From Octopus sinensis (lineage: Eukaryota), in the NCBI RefSeq assembly GCF_006345805.1, contig NC_043004.1, forward strand, positions 29,264,001 through 29,328,000: a stretch of 64,000 nt of DNA. The letters are read 5' to 3'. This document shows, in pieces, positions 1-14,233 of this stretch (the first letter of the stretch is position 1; every line of letters begins with the position of its first letter). The notes under the pieces were generated by a model. It worked only from the letters and a program-made list of their open reading frames with translations, was not told where the DNA came from and made no database searches. The translations under genes and the position numbers were made by a program.

Positions 1-217
1 AGCTATGAGGAGAAATCGTCGAACCACCATCCGTGAGTTATCAGAGAATATGCAGATTAGTTACGGTTCAGTTCAGTGCATTATCACTAAATATTTGGGT
101 ATGAGAACCATGTTTATCAAGTTTGTGGCCAAACTTCTTTCAGTTGTCCAAAAAGATACTCGGGTTTCAGTTGCACAAGATCTCCCTGATGTGTCGAAAA
201 CGATGAAGGCTTTTTGA
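1..217 (+). mobile_element. Mariner transposase remnant (second HTH region)
   Basis: ORF 5..217 RRNRRTTIRELSENMQISYGSVQCIITKYLGMRTMFIKFVAKLLS resembles the mariner DRRxTxRELA..LxISxGSVxxIL...LG....WVPxxL segment; truncated by a stop. Confidence 0.8.
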
Positions 218-1548
218 AAAAAATTGCGTAGGCTTCTGAGCTGGTATTGCTAAGCATTTGACAAAATTTGACGCAGATTCTCTCCTCAACTTTCTGTCAT
301 GGTCAATGCGACGACCGCACACGTTTCACACCTTCCTTCTAAGCATTGCTGTCAACAGCGGAAGTGAGCTAGAACGTTAACACTTAGTATGTATGCACAG
401 CAGAGTTTATATTCTTTGCATGCGTGTGTAAAGTATAGTTCATTGATAATCAAATGTATCATTCCATTTCTTTGTGTTATTAGAAGAATAGGTAAAGAGA
501 AGAAACCTGAAAAAAGACATCGCTAGTCACAATACATTTGCATCGATTTAGCTTTTGAATTAATCTTCTTCTCTGCCTGACGAGCAGACCACTATTCCCC
601 CTTGATTAGAAAGCTATTCCGTCAACCGGTTATTCTTTTATAACAGAGCGGACTGGAACAACGTGAAATTTGCTCTTTTGTTCAAGAAAACAACGCCCCT
701 GTGTCCGAAAATGGAACCCATGGTTTAGTGATTGTGAGTACAATATCCTAACTACTAGGCCATCAACCTTCACATGAATATAGAGTCAATAAACTAGTAG
801 ACAGACGAACAGACTCGAGAGAGATCAAGAGTGGAGTGGGTATGTTGTTCATGACATCACAAATGTCTGTTGCAAAGCTGGCTGATTGACTGACCGAAAT
901 ATTTATCAAACAATCGATTACTTAATTAATTGTGTAACTTGTTGACGGATAATTATTTGAGAAGGTAAATAGAAACATTGTATGTCCTTATTCCGGTCAC
1001 ATTAACCCTCCCGTGATAGAACTAAAGCCTATAAGTTATTCACCTTTAGTCAGCATCCCGTTTATATCGTAAGTGCAGAGTCTGTATATATTAAGTATGA
1101 TACACAGATAGCTATTTTAGTTAAATATAGAATCAATTGAGTATGAAATATTTTTTTATGAATTGAGTAGTTATTTATAACTTCAGTGAATGTTTTATTC
1201 ATCTTTTCCTGCATGAGAATTCTCGTCCAAGCATGAGACTAGCAACAACTAAGTGCTAATGAAAAGTCTGGTGCTCCCGCTGGCCGCTGCTGGGTTATAT
1301 TTTTATTCTCTCTGTGATTTTTATTGTTTTTAACAAAAGCCCTTAAGTAATATTATTTTGGGTTAAAAACTGCAAATAACTGGAATCTCAAAAGCGGGAC
1401 TGCATTAAGTATGATGCATAAGTAGCTATTTTTATTAAATACTGAGGCAAAAGCATGCAGTGAATAGTTTATGCAGATAAGATCAAGTACGAGCACTTCG
1501 ATTTTAGCTGAAAATATCAGCTAAATCACTCACTCCCGCTGCCCCATT

Positions 1549-1579
<31 letters not shown>

Positions 1580-3139
1580 TTATCTCTCTCTCTCTTTCTC
1601 TCTTCGCTCTTCTCTCTCTCTCTCTCTCTCCTCTTTCTCTCTCTCTCTCTCTATCTATCTATTTATCTGCAATATTACCTATTTAATACTGCCTTTATAA
1701 AAAAAAACATGTAGGGCAATTTTATAATGCGGACCCATTACATTTGACTAATACATGCTGGATGATCACATCTGGAGTGTCTTTGAAATCATGGTTGCTG
1801 AAATGAGATATGAAATGTCTTTAAACAGCAGCAAAACGTCACCATATAATATCAGTTGCAGATACTATTGAAACTCTGAGTTAGATCATGATTTCGTTTG
1901 GTATATCACGGAGTACATTGTCCACGTTTGAGACACGCTGATTTTTTATATGAAGGAGTTCGGCCTGTTCTTATTTGTTTGGAAATTGAACACGTACAGG
2001 TTTCTCCATTTTCAAACCGTTATCACGATTCAACGGGTCGGATCATACACATTTATTTTCGATTCTAACGAACATGACCATTTATTAGAAGTTGTTAAAT
2101 TCTTGGATTAACAGAATAGGCAGTGAGGTAGAGTGGAGAATAAAATTATAAAGTGATATTTAGTCACGTCTCATTACTTTCTGAGTAATAATCACGTGGA
2201 GGCAGTATTTGCTTTTCATCCTTCGGCACTCGATGAAATTTAAACAGCGGTCAAATACACGAAGTCGGTGTAATTAACTGTCCCCTATATTATTATCACT
2301 GTACTACATGATGTTGTAGGGGGTGAGTGGAGGAAACAAGAGTGCAATTGATTAAAATCCTTGCTGCATTTTGTTACCTAATTTTCTGTTGCATTAAAAT
2401 GTCAAACATGCTGCTTAGCGCTACTTTGCATCGTATCCTTCCGGAATTGATAAAATACCAGCGATCCAATACGTGTGCTGGATATAATCAAGTATGCCGC
2501 CCTTTCCAACAATTAAAGAAATAATAAATGGGCAAAACAAATATACAATTCATTAAATCAGTGTAGCTTGGTTACATAATTACGAATTATTTTAACATCA
2601 AATGAGAATTTGGTGGAGTTGCAATAACACGAGAGGGTTAGAGCGGGAGCAACTTAAGGTATTTACTTACAGCCTGAGTTCAAATTTCTAAGATGTCAAA
2701 TTCTGGTAAAGAAGCCTTTAGCTTCTGTTTATTTAGGAAGCAAGCGTAAAATTATATCGCAGTATTTCGATTCCAATCAAATAAATCGGCATTCTGATCC
2801 TCTTCAGGGCAATAATAAATAAAAACAATGCTAATTACAACAAAAACCTAATCACAAAATATTAGGGATGGAGGAAATAATCAAACAACGCATTAGTTAC
2901 AGATTATGAGCTACATTCTGTAGTAAAATAAAAACTGAAGTACCGCACGGTGATACAAAAGCTCATAAACTAAAAGAATATTTCTTAATACGCCAAGTCT
3001 CTTAGGGGAGGTTTTACTGGGCCTGAATACAATAAAAAACATAGAGAATACAATAAGTAAATCTATATCGAACAAAAAGGAATAACAAACATGTGTGTGT
3101 GAAGACTAATATCTTCGTACATATAAAGATAGCAAGTCG

Positions 3140-3290
3140 GGAAAATACATTCAGAGTTCAAATTCTGCCGAGGGTGACTGACTTCCATCATTTCAGAGTC
3201 AGTATAATAATACGTACCAGACAAACCTTGGGTAGATGTTCTCACCTAGATCCCTCCCCATTAATTTCAGACCATGTGCCTATATTAGAA
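3140..3290 (+). mobile_element. Degenerate tRNA-derived SINE, family A
   Basis: GAGTTCAAATTCTGCCGAGGGTGACT B-box-containing core shared with the copies at 16080 and 45150. Confidence 0.65.
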
Positions 3291-4149
3291 AGCAATATCT
3301 TCATATATATATATATAAACATTAATCTCTCGACGACTATCGCGGGTGTTACGTTCCTAAACACCCCACGATAGGTGAGAAGCCACGAAGTAGAAACAGT
3401 ACAGAACTGTATGTGAAATTTTTGTATATTTATTTTATTATTTTTATATATTTAAGCTTTTATAAACTCCACACACTGTTTAGTAGGAATACTCGTGTCT
3501 TCTCATTTTTTGCATGTCGATGAGTCTCACCTTCTCTGCACTCAGGTTCACTGTCAGAAGACACACAGGGTGTAGAACATTTGGGCGACATCGTAGTCTT
3601 TGTAGGAAATTCACAATTTTACACACAAACGCAAAACAACACTACACACTACCCTTCCGAGCTTCGTTTTCCATACACTAAGACCGATTCTTCGTTTACT
3701 CATCTACGGTACACTATGCATTTCTTTTTATATATTGTAACTAATATATTGATATTTAGGCGTGAATATGTTTATTTTACCACAAAAATAATTCAAATCT
3801 AAACAAGTATATATATTTATCGGCCGAAGAAATTCGTGATATACTGAGGTGTCGCCGATAGGAATTTACTTATAGTAGCCAGAATTATTCCGCGATGTAC
3901 TAAGGGAGCGATATGAGAACCGCGATATGGTGAGTGATATATATATATATATATACATGTATGTATACATGTATGTATACATGTATGTATACATGTATGT
4001 ATGTATGTCTTTACCTGTTTCAGTCATTACCCCTTGGATTATTTTCGTGCATCTAATCGAATGCAGCACATATTTTGGTTTTAAGCCTGAAGCACACTAA
4101 CGACGGTTGTCAAGCAGCGTTGGGGGAAAATGTCATACCCACACAAACG

Positions 4150-4512
4150 TATAGTGGCACTCCGTCGGTTACGCCGACGAAGGTTCCTATGGGTCGGACC
4201 AACGGAACAGACTGCCGGTCAAATTAATGTGCAAGTGGCTGAGTACTCCACAGACACGTGCACCCATACCGTAGTTCCCGGGGGAGATTCGGCGTGACAC
4301 ATAATGTGACAAGGCTGGCCATTTGAAATTCAGGTACAACAGAAACAGGAAGAAAGAGTGAGAGAAAGCTGTGGTGAAAGAGTACAACAGGGTTCGCCAC
4401 CATTCCCTGCCGGGTACACGTGGAGATTTAGGCGTTTTCGCTCAATAAATACTCACGATGCCCTGTCTGGGTGTCGAAACGGCGATCTTACGTCCGCTTG
4501 TCCACTGCGCTA
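4150..4512 (-). mobile_element. SINE, family C
   Basis: Shares gtgcaagtggctgag..ctccacagacacg and gtgacaaggctggcc with 5715-6010 and, inverted, with 37600-37910. Confidence 0.7.
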
Positions 4513-4542
4513 GAAACAGGGCCATTGCACCTTCACTCACAA

Positions 4543-4641
<99 letters not shown>

Positions 4642-4880
4642 AACACATATATGTTTGTGTGTGTTTGTGTGTGTGTGTACTGTTCTGTGATGGTAAAATC
4701 AAAACAAAGGTGAGAGATAAATGCTCTTTAATGGAAACACTATATACATGCCTATATATATATACACATACCTACATATGTATATGTAAGCATATGAGTA
4801 TATAAATATAAATATCTGTTTCTACACACACACACACACAGACTTATACATAAACATATATATATATATATATATATATA

Positions 4881-5641
<761 letters not shown>

Positions 5642-5714
5642 ACATCCGTCCGACATATACATACAAATGTATTGCAACTTCAATTATACATGATGATACA
5701 TGTAAATTTAAACT

Positions 5715-6010
5715 GGTACTCAGTCACTACGAATATGAATGATACAGTTGTTCCGATCAGAAGTACTTCCTGCTCGTGAAATGAAGGTACATATGATTGA
5801 GTAATCCGCAGACACGCATACCCTTAGTGTTGTTCTAAAGGATATTTAGCATGACATAGGATGTGACAAGTGTAACCCGGTGAAATGCAACTCACTTTTT
5901 CCAAATGAAGAGACTGGAGTAACGTGAAAATAAAGCATCTTTCTGTCGGACACAACGCAACACCAGGAATCGAACTCACTGTTTTATGATCGTGAGCCGA
6001 ATACCCTTGC
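5715..6010 (-). mobile_element. Degenerate SINE, family C
   Basis: Similar to 4150-4512; contains ggaatcgaactc, the reverse complement of a B box. Confidence 0.6.
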
Positions 6011-6319
6011 ACACCCGTTCACATATGTACATATATGAAATATATATAATACGAATAAATTACATATTCGAAGCGGTGCTGAAATGCTCCTGCCTCTAGA
6101 TAAAATAGAAAATAGAGGATAATCAGTTAAATATGGTTTTATTCCATATATTCCCCATTCAAATTCACACATTTATTGCAGCAGTCATTCAGTTTTATTC
6201 TAAGCACTGTAAAAGAACTCGGAGGGTTGGTCTCCAGCCTAGCCTTTGGCGATGATACCCTTGAAGCCAGGAACTTTTCAGCACCCCTACTATTAATCAT
6301 GTATTCTATACATCTTTCA

Positions 6320-6485
6320 ACTTTCGGCACAAGGAAAGAAATTTCGTGAGTGGGGTTACATCGACACTTTCGCTCAGCTGGTACTTATTTTATCTACCCT
6401 GAAAGTTGGGTACGGCGGAATTTGAACTCAGAACGTAAAGATGGACGAAATGCTTCTAATGATTCTGCCAGCTCGCCGCCTTAAA
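6320..6485 (-). mobile_element. tRNA-derived SINE, family A
   Basis: ggcggaatttgaactcagaacgtaaag...ctgccagctcgccgcc matches the family head in reverse. Confidence 0.75.
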
Positions 6486-6569
6486 ATCATGTATTATATA
6501 TCAAATACGTTTGTATACAATATATGTGAGTGTGTCTGTATGTGTGTGATATGCATGCACGCACAGAAA

Positions 6570-7640
6570 ATATATGATGCCTTCCTTTGAAGACAAGAGC
6601 ATCAACTGATAACATTCCTAATTGAGGCACTTAAAAATCTACTACGGGACCATCCAACTTGTTGTCCTGAGTATAAATGGACTCACCAGCTTCTCACCTG
6701 TCACTGAGTAGTGTAAGCCTAGAGCTCATCGTCAGTAGCTCTCCAAGCAGACTGGGAGATAGGCATTACCGCTGGAAGCTGGGCCAACACCTTGAAGTTA
6801 TAGCAGACCTCGTCTGTGAGATACATATTTCAGGTACCTGCTCCAAACGAAGAACATTGCCACCTTGTCTTGGTCTAGACAACTGACCTCTACAACAGCG
6901 CATGTCTTTTGTTCCATGTTCGACATAACAATATTATGTCTGTTGTTTGTACCTAATTGAAGTTTTGTTTTAGATGACACAAGGCTCCCAGATTCACCTC
7001 CTCACAGCCTACAAGGAGAGTCACGAGAGTGGAAGCTGAAGTTTCTAGAATCTGCCCTTCAATATAGACATTGGTTTCAAATATCAGGCAATTAGACGTA
7101 AGTCAATTACCTTGACTCCAGTGTTCAACTGGTACTTATTATATCGACACCGAAAAGTTGAAAGTAAAATCGACCTGGGCAGAATTTGAAATCAGAGCGT
7201 GAAGAGGTCCAGTTACAACCCCTTCTTTTTAACTGAAGCACTGTATTGACTAGAGAAAGGAAAGCAGAAGAATTAAATGCACTGAGCTGGTGAAGTTATG
7301 ATCAGAGAATGGGTGGCAAGCAAACTGTGATGCATGGGGTATGATGCGGATTTTATGCAGGCCATTCTCACTGTATGGAATACAAAATGCTAGCCATTAC
7401 TGCTGCACAAGCGGAGAGATGTCAAATTGGTTTTGGAGATAGCATAGGCTGCCTAAAGGGACTTATGCCTCATGAGGGCTGTTAACATGATACTAGTTAA
7501 CTGAGGGGTACTCCTAACTGGATGCTAGCAGGGGGTTGATCGACCCTGACTGAGATATCTGGCATTTGGTGGCGGAGGTAATTCTTCAAAGACCTGAATC
7601 ACCTAATGACCCCAGAAAATATCGCTGATGGTATATTCAG
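6570..7640 (+). mobile_element. Degraded 3' part of an RLE-type non-LTR retrotransposon (HERO/NeSL-like), interrupted by a family A SINE at ~7075-7200
   Basis: ORF 6677..6886 SPASHLSLSSVSLELIVSSSPSRLGDRHYRWKLGQHLEVIAD resembles the decayed CCHC knuckle plus GRYRWRHDQVL motif. 7250-7440 gives ENGWQANCD...CGFYAGHS in shifting frames, similar to GW...EVGCRGF. Recognised from memory. Confidence 0.6.
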
Positions 7641-7761
7641 GTGCACTATAATGTGATGTATTGAAAGAAAAAGGAAACCGAAACACTCAAACCGCCGGTG
7701 ACAGTTTAAAATATTAGTAATTCTGGTAATATTCTCAAGTTTCTAAACTATTAAAGCTTAT

Positions 7762-7857
<96 letters not shown>

Positions 7858-8599
7858 GCACATATAGAAATGTGGCATCTGCACAGGTATATTTTTACTT
7901 GCGTATGCGTAAGTTGTATATATGTATATATGTATATGTGTTCAAATTTTATGAGAATTAGTATTTTACTCAGGCTTTCCACATGATATACGCTTTCCCT
8001 CTGTTTTATATTTTGATATAGAAACTTTCGTTTTAAGATGTTTTGTTTCGATGCTTCTTCGATTGCTGTTGCTTGTGTTTTTGTCATCTTTTTTTTCTTT
8101 TTCTTTTACTTTGTTTTTATTAATTTGTGATTTCTAGACATTGTTGTAGTAAAAAGACAAAAGACTTGTCTTCAAAAATATACACAAAACAATGAGTTAG
8201 ACAATCGATTCTTCTGCATGTGTGTTTCTTGTCTACTTACGAAATGGTATTAATAAATCAATAGATAAATATAAATAAATAAACAAATAAATATGGAAAA
8301 ATAAAATATGAATAAAGAATAAATAAATAAACCTCTTATCTCCAAAATATGAGACCTAATACAATATGGAGAAATGAAAAGAGCAATGGCGATGAAGTAA
8401 CGTAACAGAAACGCGCAGATATTCAAGAGAACATATTTTGTCTCGTTGCAGTCGTTGAAATAAAGGCCATGCTGGAGTATTGTCTTTAAAGCTTTATTAA
8501 GTGCAGTGGTACCAGTAATTATTTCAATGATATGAATGCTCGAAGCACCTAATCTAGATAAAAACACACCTACAGCTTCGAACAGTGTAAGAAATATTC

Positions 8600-8810
8600 T
8601 TTTCTACTCTAGGCACAAGACCCGAACGTTTTGAGGAGGGGGCCAATCTATTACTTCGGCCCCAGTACGCAACTGGTATTTAATTTATCAACCCCGAAAA
8701 GATGGAAGACAAAGTTGACCTCGGTGGAATTTGAACTCAGAACGTAAAGACAAACGAAATACCGCTAAGCATTTGGCCCGGCGTGCTAACGTTTCTACCA
8801 GCACGCGTCT
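8600..8810 (-). mobile_element. tRNA-derived SINE, family A
   Basis: gacctcggtggaatttgaactcagaacgtaaagac..aaataccgctaagcatttggcccggcgtgctaacg. Confidence 0.8.
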
Positions 8811-9629
8811 TACACTATAAGAAATATTAGAAAGACACTGAGAAGATGCATATACACCTTTACAGAGTATACATATGCACATTTACATATATACATATAC
8901 ATACGTACACATATTTGCACACACGCACTCTATATTCGTGTGTGAGCGTGAGTGCGCGTGAGCGTGTATATACACTCGTGACCAAATGTTTGGAACACTT
9001 ACTTCAAAATTGGAATAATTATGGTCAAGTGCAAATCGATTCAAATATATACAACGTAGATACACACTTGTCTAATTAACTAGAAGATAATGAACCATTG
9101 GTTGGTTAGTAGGTAAAGTATATCTCTATGCTGTGTAGATTTGAATCGAATTGTATTTGGGCAGAACAATTTTTATTTTTAAAATGATGTTTTGGACAAG
9201 ATTGTATACATAAATAAAGGACCTGTCGCAAAGGAAAAAAATTAGAACTGAAATTAACAGTGAACATTGGGTATGTATTATATGTGATAGAAAAGCCGTT
9301 AATGTACGTGTTCGCTGCCAGGTCGACAATCTTTCCTCGGTTGACGATCATGTATGGGTATTTATTTTGCATAAACTCCATTCCCCTCACTCGTGAAAAT
9401 GTTATGACTAGTACCAACTATCTCTTGATTTTGGCCATAATACCAGAATATAACTTAACGTATGTATTTATCTACGCATGTATGTATATCATTATTTAGA
9501 TTTATTTCATGACGTCTTACCAACAGAGAAAGAGCTTGTTTCTAAACTAGATCCAAAGGTCCTTCATTGGATCTCAACATCAACAACAGGATATTTTTGT
9601 ATGTATGTATGTATTATATATATATATAT

Positions 9630-9676
<47 letters not shown>

Positions 9677-9995
9677 GATATATATCATGCATGTATTATA
9701 TATGTGTGGATATGTGTGGATTGATATTTATTTTATGTATGCCTTCTCATGCGTAATATTGCATAACTAGACATGATCATATATACTTAAATGATAAACT
9801 TCTGAAAGGTTTTACAGATTTTCACAGTTCCAGTGAAGGCTTGCATCTGTAGTCTTCGAATCATCTGTTTTCTTCTATTTTGGATTTCAGAAGCCTAATT
9901 TCTCAAGATTGGTATTTAAGTGAGGTGTTATATATCATAATACTCTAATAATTACAGGTATATACCTCTTCTCTCTCCTAAGTTATCATATCAGG

Positions 9996-10080
<85 letters not shown>

Positions 10081-10332
10081 ATCAAAATAAGCAACAAGAA
10101 TGACTCCGGTAATTTGGTACAATTGTTTCGCACACATCATTTTATTAAATGTTGTAATACTTACAACATTAATAAAATGATGTAATGCGAAACAATTGTA
10201 CCAAATTACCGGAGTCATTCTTGTTGCATATTTTGATTATAATCACCCACAAATTTTTATGGATAACAACATACAAAATTCTGTGCATCTAAATTAAGTA
10301 CCATATTCATTCGAATCTAAATTTTTGCTGAA

Positions 10333-10335
<3 letters not shown>
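10081..10335. mobile_element. Hairpin-plus-tail element in (TA)n
   Basis: 10081-10157 is the near-perfect reverse complement of 10161-10237 (3-nt loop), followed by an ~100-bp unique tail. Each arm has the HHR-like half GAAACAATTGTA. (TA)n on both sides. Confidence 0.75.
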
Positions 10336-10377
<42 letters not shown>

Positions 10378-10574
10378 TAGATATAGATATATATTATACA
10401 TATATATATCTATATATGTATTATGTATAATATATATATATATAGAAATATAATATATATATATATGTATGTATTATATATATGTATAATATATTATGAT
10501 ATATAATATATATAATATAGGTATAATGTGTAGTATAATATAGATTATTATATATAATATATATATATATATAG

Positions 10575-11190
10575 CTATGAGGAAAGAAAGGATAAAAATG
10601 GAATTATGATGATTTTATTGTAAGATATAAAGAGTATTTTAAACATAGAAACAGAGATAAATTTTAACTAGTACAACTCAAACAATGGTAGATGGGAAAA
10701 TACCTACATATATCTTTCAGTTCTAGCGCTCGCTTGATATGCAATTCTAAGCAGTTGGTTATATTCTAAGAAAGGTATCATTTTTAACTATATGAGGCAG
10801 CATCCTTCAAAACAAAAGTGTTAACCTTAGTTCTATAAGTACATAATATAGTTAAAAATTACATCTTTCTTAGAACATAGTCAAATGCTTAGAATTACAT
10901 ATCAACCATGGACAAGAACTGAAATATATATCTATGTATTTTCACATCTCCCATTCTTTTGAGCTTTATAGCTTATAATTTATTTGTATTGTTATGTTTT
11001 TTTAGAAAAATTCAGCATACTTATACAAATCAATTATTCATAAATCCATTTTTCTCCATTTTCTTTCTTTAAATATTAATAATATGTATTACTACAATAA
11101 TCTCTAACCTATCGCAGAAAACTTCGCATCATATCATAATGATTAACCAGGGGATCTTGTGGATTATATAAACACTAATGTGGATCTAAC
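10575..11190. mobile_element. Older diverged hairpin-plus-tail element, related to 45670-46310
   Basis: Imperfect inverted arms ~10577-10795 and ~10845-11070. Shares aaatgcttagaatt and the tail ccag.gga.ct..tggattat with the 45670 element. Confidence 0.6.
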
Positions 11191-11407
11191 TTCCCCGAAA
11201 AGAAGATGGAAAAGAATTTTCTGTAAAAATATCATTAATTATAAGCTACAAATGTTTGCGCACCATCTCCAATAGTAACACCAGTTTGTGCGACATTTCT
11301 AACTGAAAAAAATCACTTATGTTTGCGGTTTTAGATACTGGAGAACATTTCATCAGATTGCATCAAAGGCGTAATATTAGTGATATGTAGATATAAATGT
11401 ATGGTAA

Positions 11408-11456
<49 letters not shown>

Positions 11457-11507
11457 TGATCAATAAATGGTGGGGTTGTGTTGACCGCACGTGGAGAAAT
11501 GATAAGT

Positions 11508-12347
11508 AAGGAAAAATTTTTTTTTTAAATGCAGAATGCTCAAATGAAAGAAAATTTTAATAAAATGAGAAAATGAAAAAAATATATAATATATATTTAT
11601 TCAACCGGTTTTCGTCATTGTATGACTGTCAAGAATATTATGTTTTAAGAAGTTTTTTAAAAATTAGAAAGGGAAAAAAAGAAAATTGCATGGTTTTTTG
11701 TAAAAGAATAATGATAAAAATGTACAAAAATTAAAAAATAAGTTCTCCGATACATTGTGAGTTCGTTGTGTATCTTCAGTTTTATGGTTGTTTACCAAAA
11801 AAAATTACCTTGAGGTGTTAAGATCCAAAGGATTAAGAGCATGTGATGTGTTGTGTTGTTAAATTCAGCATGTTGCAGGACAGGAAGTGGTAGTAATTGT
11901 GGTCCTGGTTCTTCAGTTCCTGTGTTGTGGGTAAGGAGAGACAAACTCTTTTGAGTTCTTCAATAAAACCCAAATTATAAAACTATCATTTTAGCTTCAT
12001 TTGCATTATCTTTTTTATATAATTGCTTGTAACTTAACTTCGATTTTAACACTTTATTTATATTATTTTGTAATAATATAAAATCTGCATAGACAAATTG
12101 CATTTCAAATTGTCATATCATTTATAATAAAATGATAGTATAACAACAATAGTAAAAATGATATTTAAGAATATAAGTTTTAGCTTGAAGTGATGAATGC
12201 ATGTATCTTATATATTGGTTAGTCCATCCATGAAGAGTGAGGTAGAGAAAGGAAGTTTGATCAACGAGGAGTTTGCATATTAAGTTGTGTTTGGAATTTT
12301 TCAATAAAGAGATTCTCCTTGTTAATTCTCTCCTGTGTGGTGATCCC
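11508..12347 (-). repeat. Inverted copy of the PLE 3' end (left arm; right arm 13520-14362)
   Basis: Direct comparison, e.g. gtttgatcaacgaggagtttgc versus gcaaactcctcgttgatcaaac. Differences are mostly single-base indels. Confidence 0.95.
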
Positions 12348-13606
12348 ATTCTGACAAACAATTTTTTTCTCTTCGACGACACACACTACCGTCAAAAATG
12401 TGGCATTGCGATGGGTACCAAGGCTGCACCAGTCCTTGCGAACCTCATAATGGGTTACTTCGAACTGTCACTCTATGAAATATCAAGCCAGAAATTTGGA
12501 CATGTTTTCCACACCTACCTAATGGAAAACTGGAAAAGGTATTTAGATGATTGTTTCATCATATGGAAAGAACCTTATGAAAAACTCCTGGAATTCAAAA
12601 CCATACTAAACAACATACATCCCAACATCCAATTCACTATGGAATTAAGCAAACATCATCTCCCATTCCTTGATCTCCTAATTATAAAAACACCTAAGAA
12701 CCAAATCATAACAGACATCTACCACAAACCTACAGACTCACAACAATACCTCCTCTTTAGTTCATGCCACCCAAAACACACCAAGACAAATATCCCTTTC
12801 AATTTAGCTAAAAGGGTATGCACCATTGTCTCGGATCCAAAAACACGAGAAATACGCCTTCAAGACCTCAAAAAACACTATTACAACGTCAATATCCCTC
12901 CACCCTTATAGAGTATGGAATAAAACGCGCCAAAGAACTAGACAAACTACACTGAAAACCACCCAACCTAACACCAACACAACCTCAAAATACTTCCATA
13001 CATTTCCACCCACAACCCCAAAAATATCGAAGCATACACCACAATCATACAAAACCTCAGTCTACTGTCAACAGACCCAAAAATGAAAAACATTATAAAT
13101 ACACACAAAATCCTCAAATGCAAAAGGCAACACAAATCTTTAAAAAAACTCTTGACAAATGCCAAACTTCACACACCACATCCACCCCAACAGTAAAAAA
13201 ATGTGCACGCTCAAACTGTGGTACCTGCCCCTTTCTACTTGAAGGCTCTGAATTTACCTTCAAACAAGGTACGAAGTTTAAAATCAAGACTAACTTCTCC
13301 TGTTCCTCCGAGAACCTTATCTACGTTCTCACATGCGCTGGTTGCCAACATAATTATGTTGGACAAACGAGTCTCCCGTTACGTAAACGAGTAACGGTGC
13401 ATAAAGAACAAATAAATCTCCCGGAATACCGACAAATTCCACTGAGTGACCACTTAGACTCATGTGCTAAAGACTTAAACCCCAAATTCTATATATTCCC
13501 CTTCTACCAATGTAAAGACGGGATCACCACACAGGAGAGAATTAACAAGGAGAATCTCTTTATTGAAAAATTCCAAACACAACTTAATATGCAAACTCCT
13601 CGTTGA
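12348..13606 (+). pseudogene. PLE reverse transcriptase (C-terminal part), Cys-rich linker and GIY-YIG endonuclease; frameshifted
   Basis: GIAMGTKAAPVLANL, RYLDDCF, LPFLDL, TDIYHKPTDSQQYL..SCHP (PLE RT and thumb); CARSNCGTC linker; NLIYVLTCAGCQHNYVGQT..LRKRVTVH...KE (GIY-YIG). Split over three ORFs by frameshifts near 12890 and 13150. Confidence 0.93.
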
Positions 13607-14233
13607 TCAAACTTCCTTTCTCTACCTCACTCTTCATGGATGGACTAACACAAATATATAAAGATACCATGCATTCATCACTTCAAGCTAAAACTTATAT
13701 TTCTTTAAATATCATTTTACTATTGTTGTTATTACTATCATTTTTATTATAAATGATATGACAATTTGAAATGCAATTGTCTATGCAGATTTATATTATT
13801 AGAAAATAATATAAATAAAGTGTTAAATCTGAAAGTTAAGTTAACAAGCAATTATATAAAAAAATAATGCAAATGAAGCTAAAATGATAGTTTTATAATT
13901 TGGGTTTTATTGAAGAACTCAAAAGAGTTGTCTCCCCTTACCCACAACACAGGAACTGAAGAACCAGGACCACAATTACTACTACTTCCTGTCCTGCAAC
14001 ATGCTGAATTTAACAACACAACACATCACATGCTCTTAATCCCTTGGATCTTAACACCTCAAGGTAATTTTTGGTAAACAACCATAAAACTCAAGATACA
14101 CAACGAACTCACAATGTATCGGAGAACTTATTTTTAATTTTTGTACATTTTTATCATTATTCTTTTACAAAAAACAATGCAATTTTCTTTTTTTCCCCTT
14201 TCTAATTTTTAAAATAACTTCTTAAAACATAAA

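Noticed and set aside
12273-12347. N-terminus of the 212-aa RT ORF
   Set aside because: These codons come from the inverted arm, not from the RT gene; genuine RT sequence begins at about 12348.
13118-13606. Selenocysteine recoding as in Naiad PLEs
   Set aside because: No in-frame TGA at the Cys positions of the linker or endonuclease.
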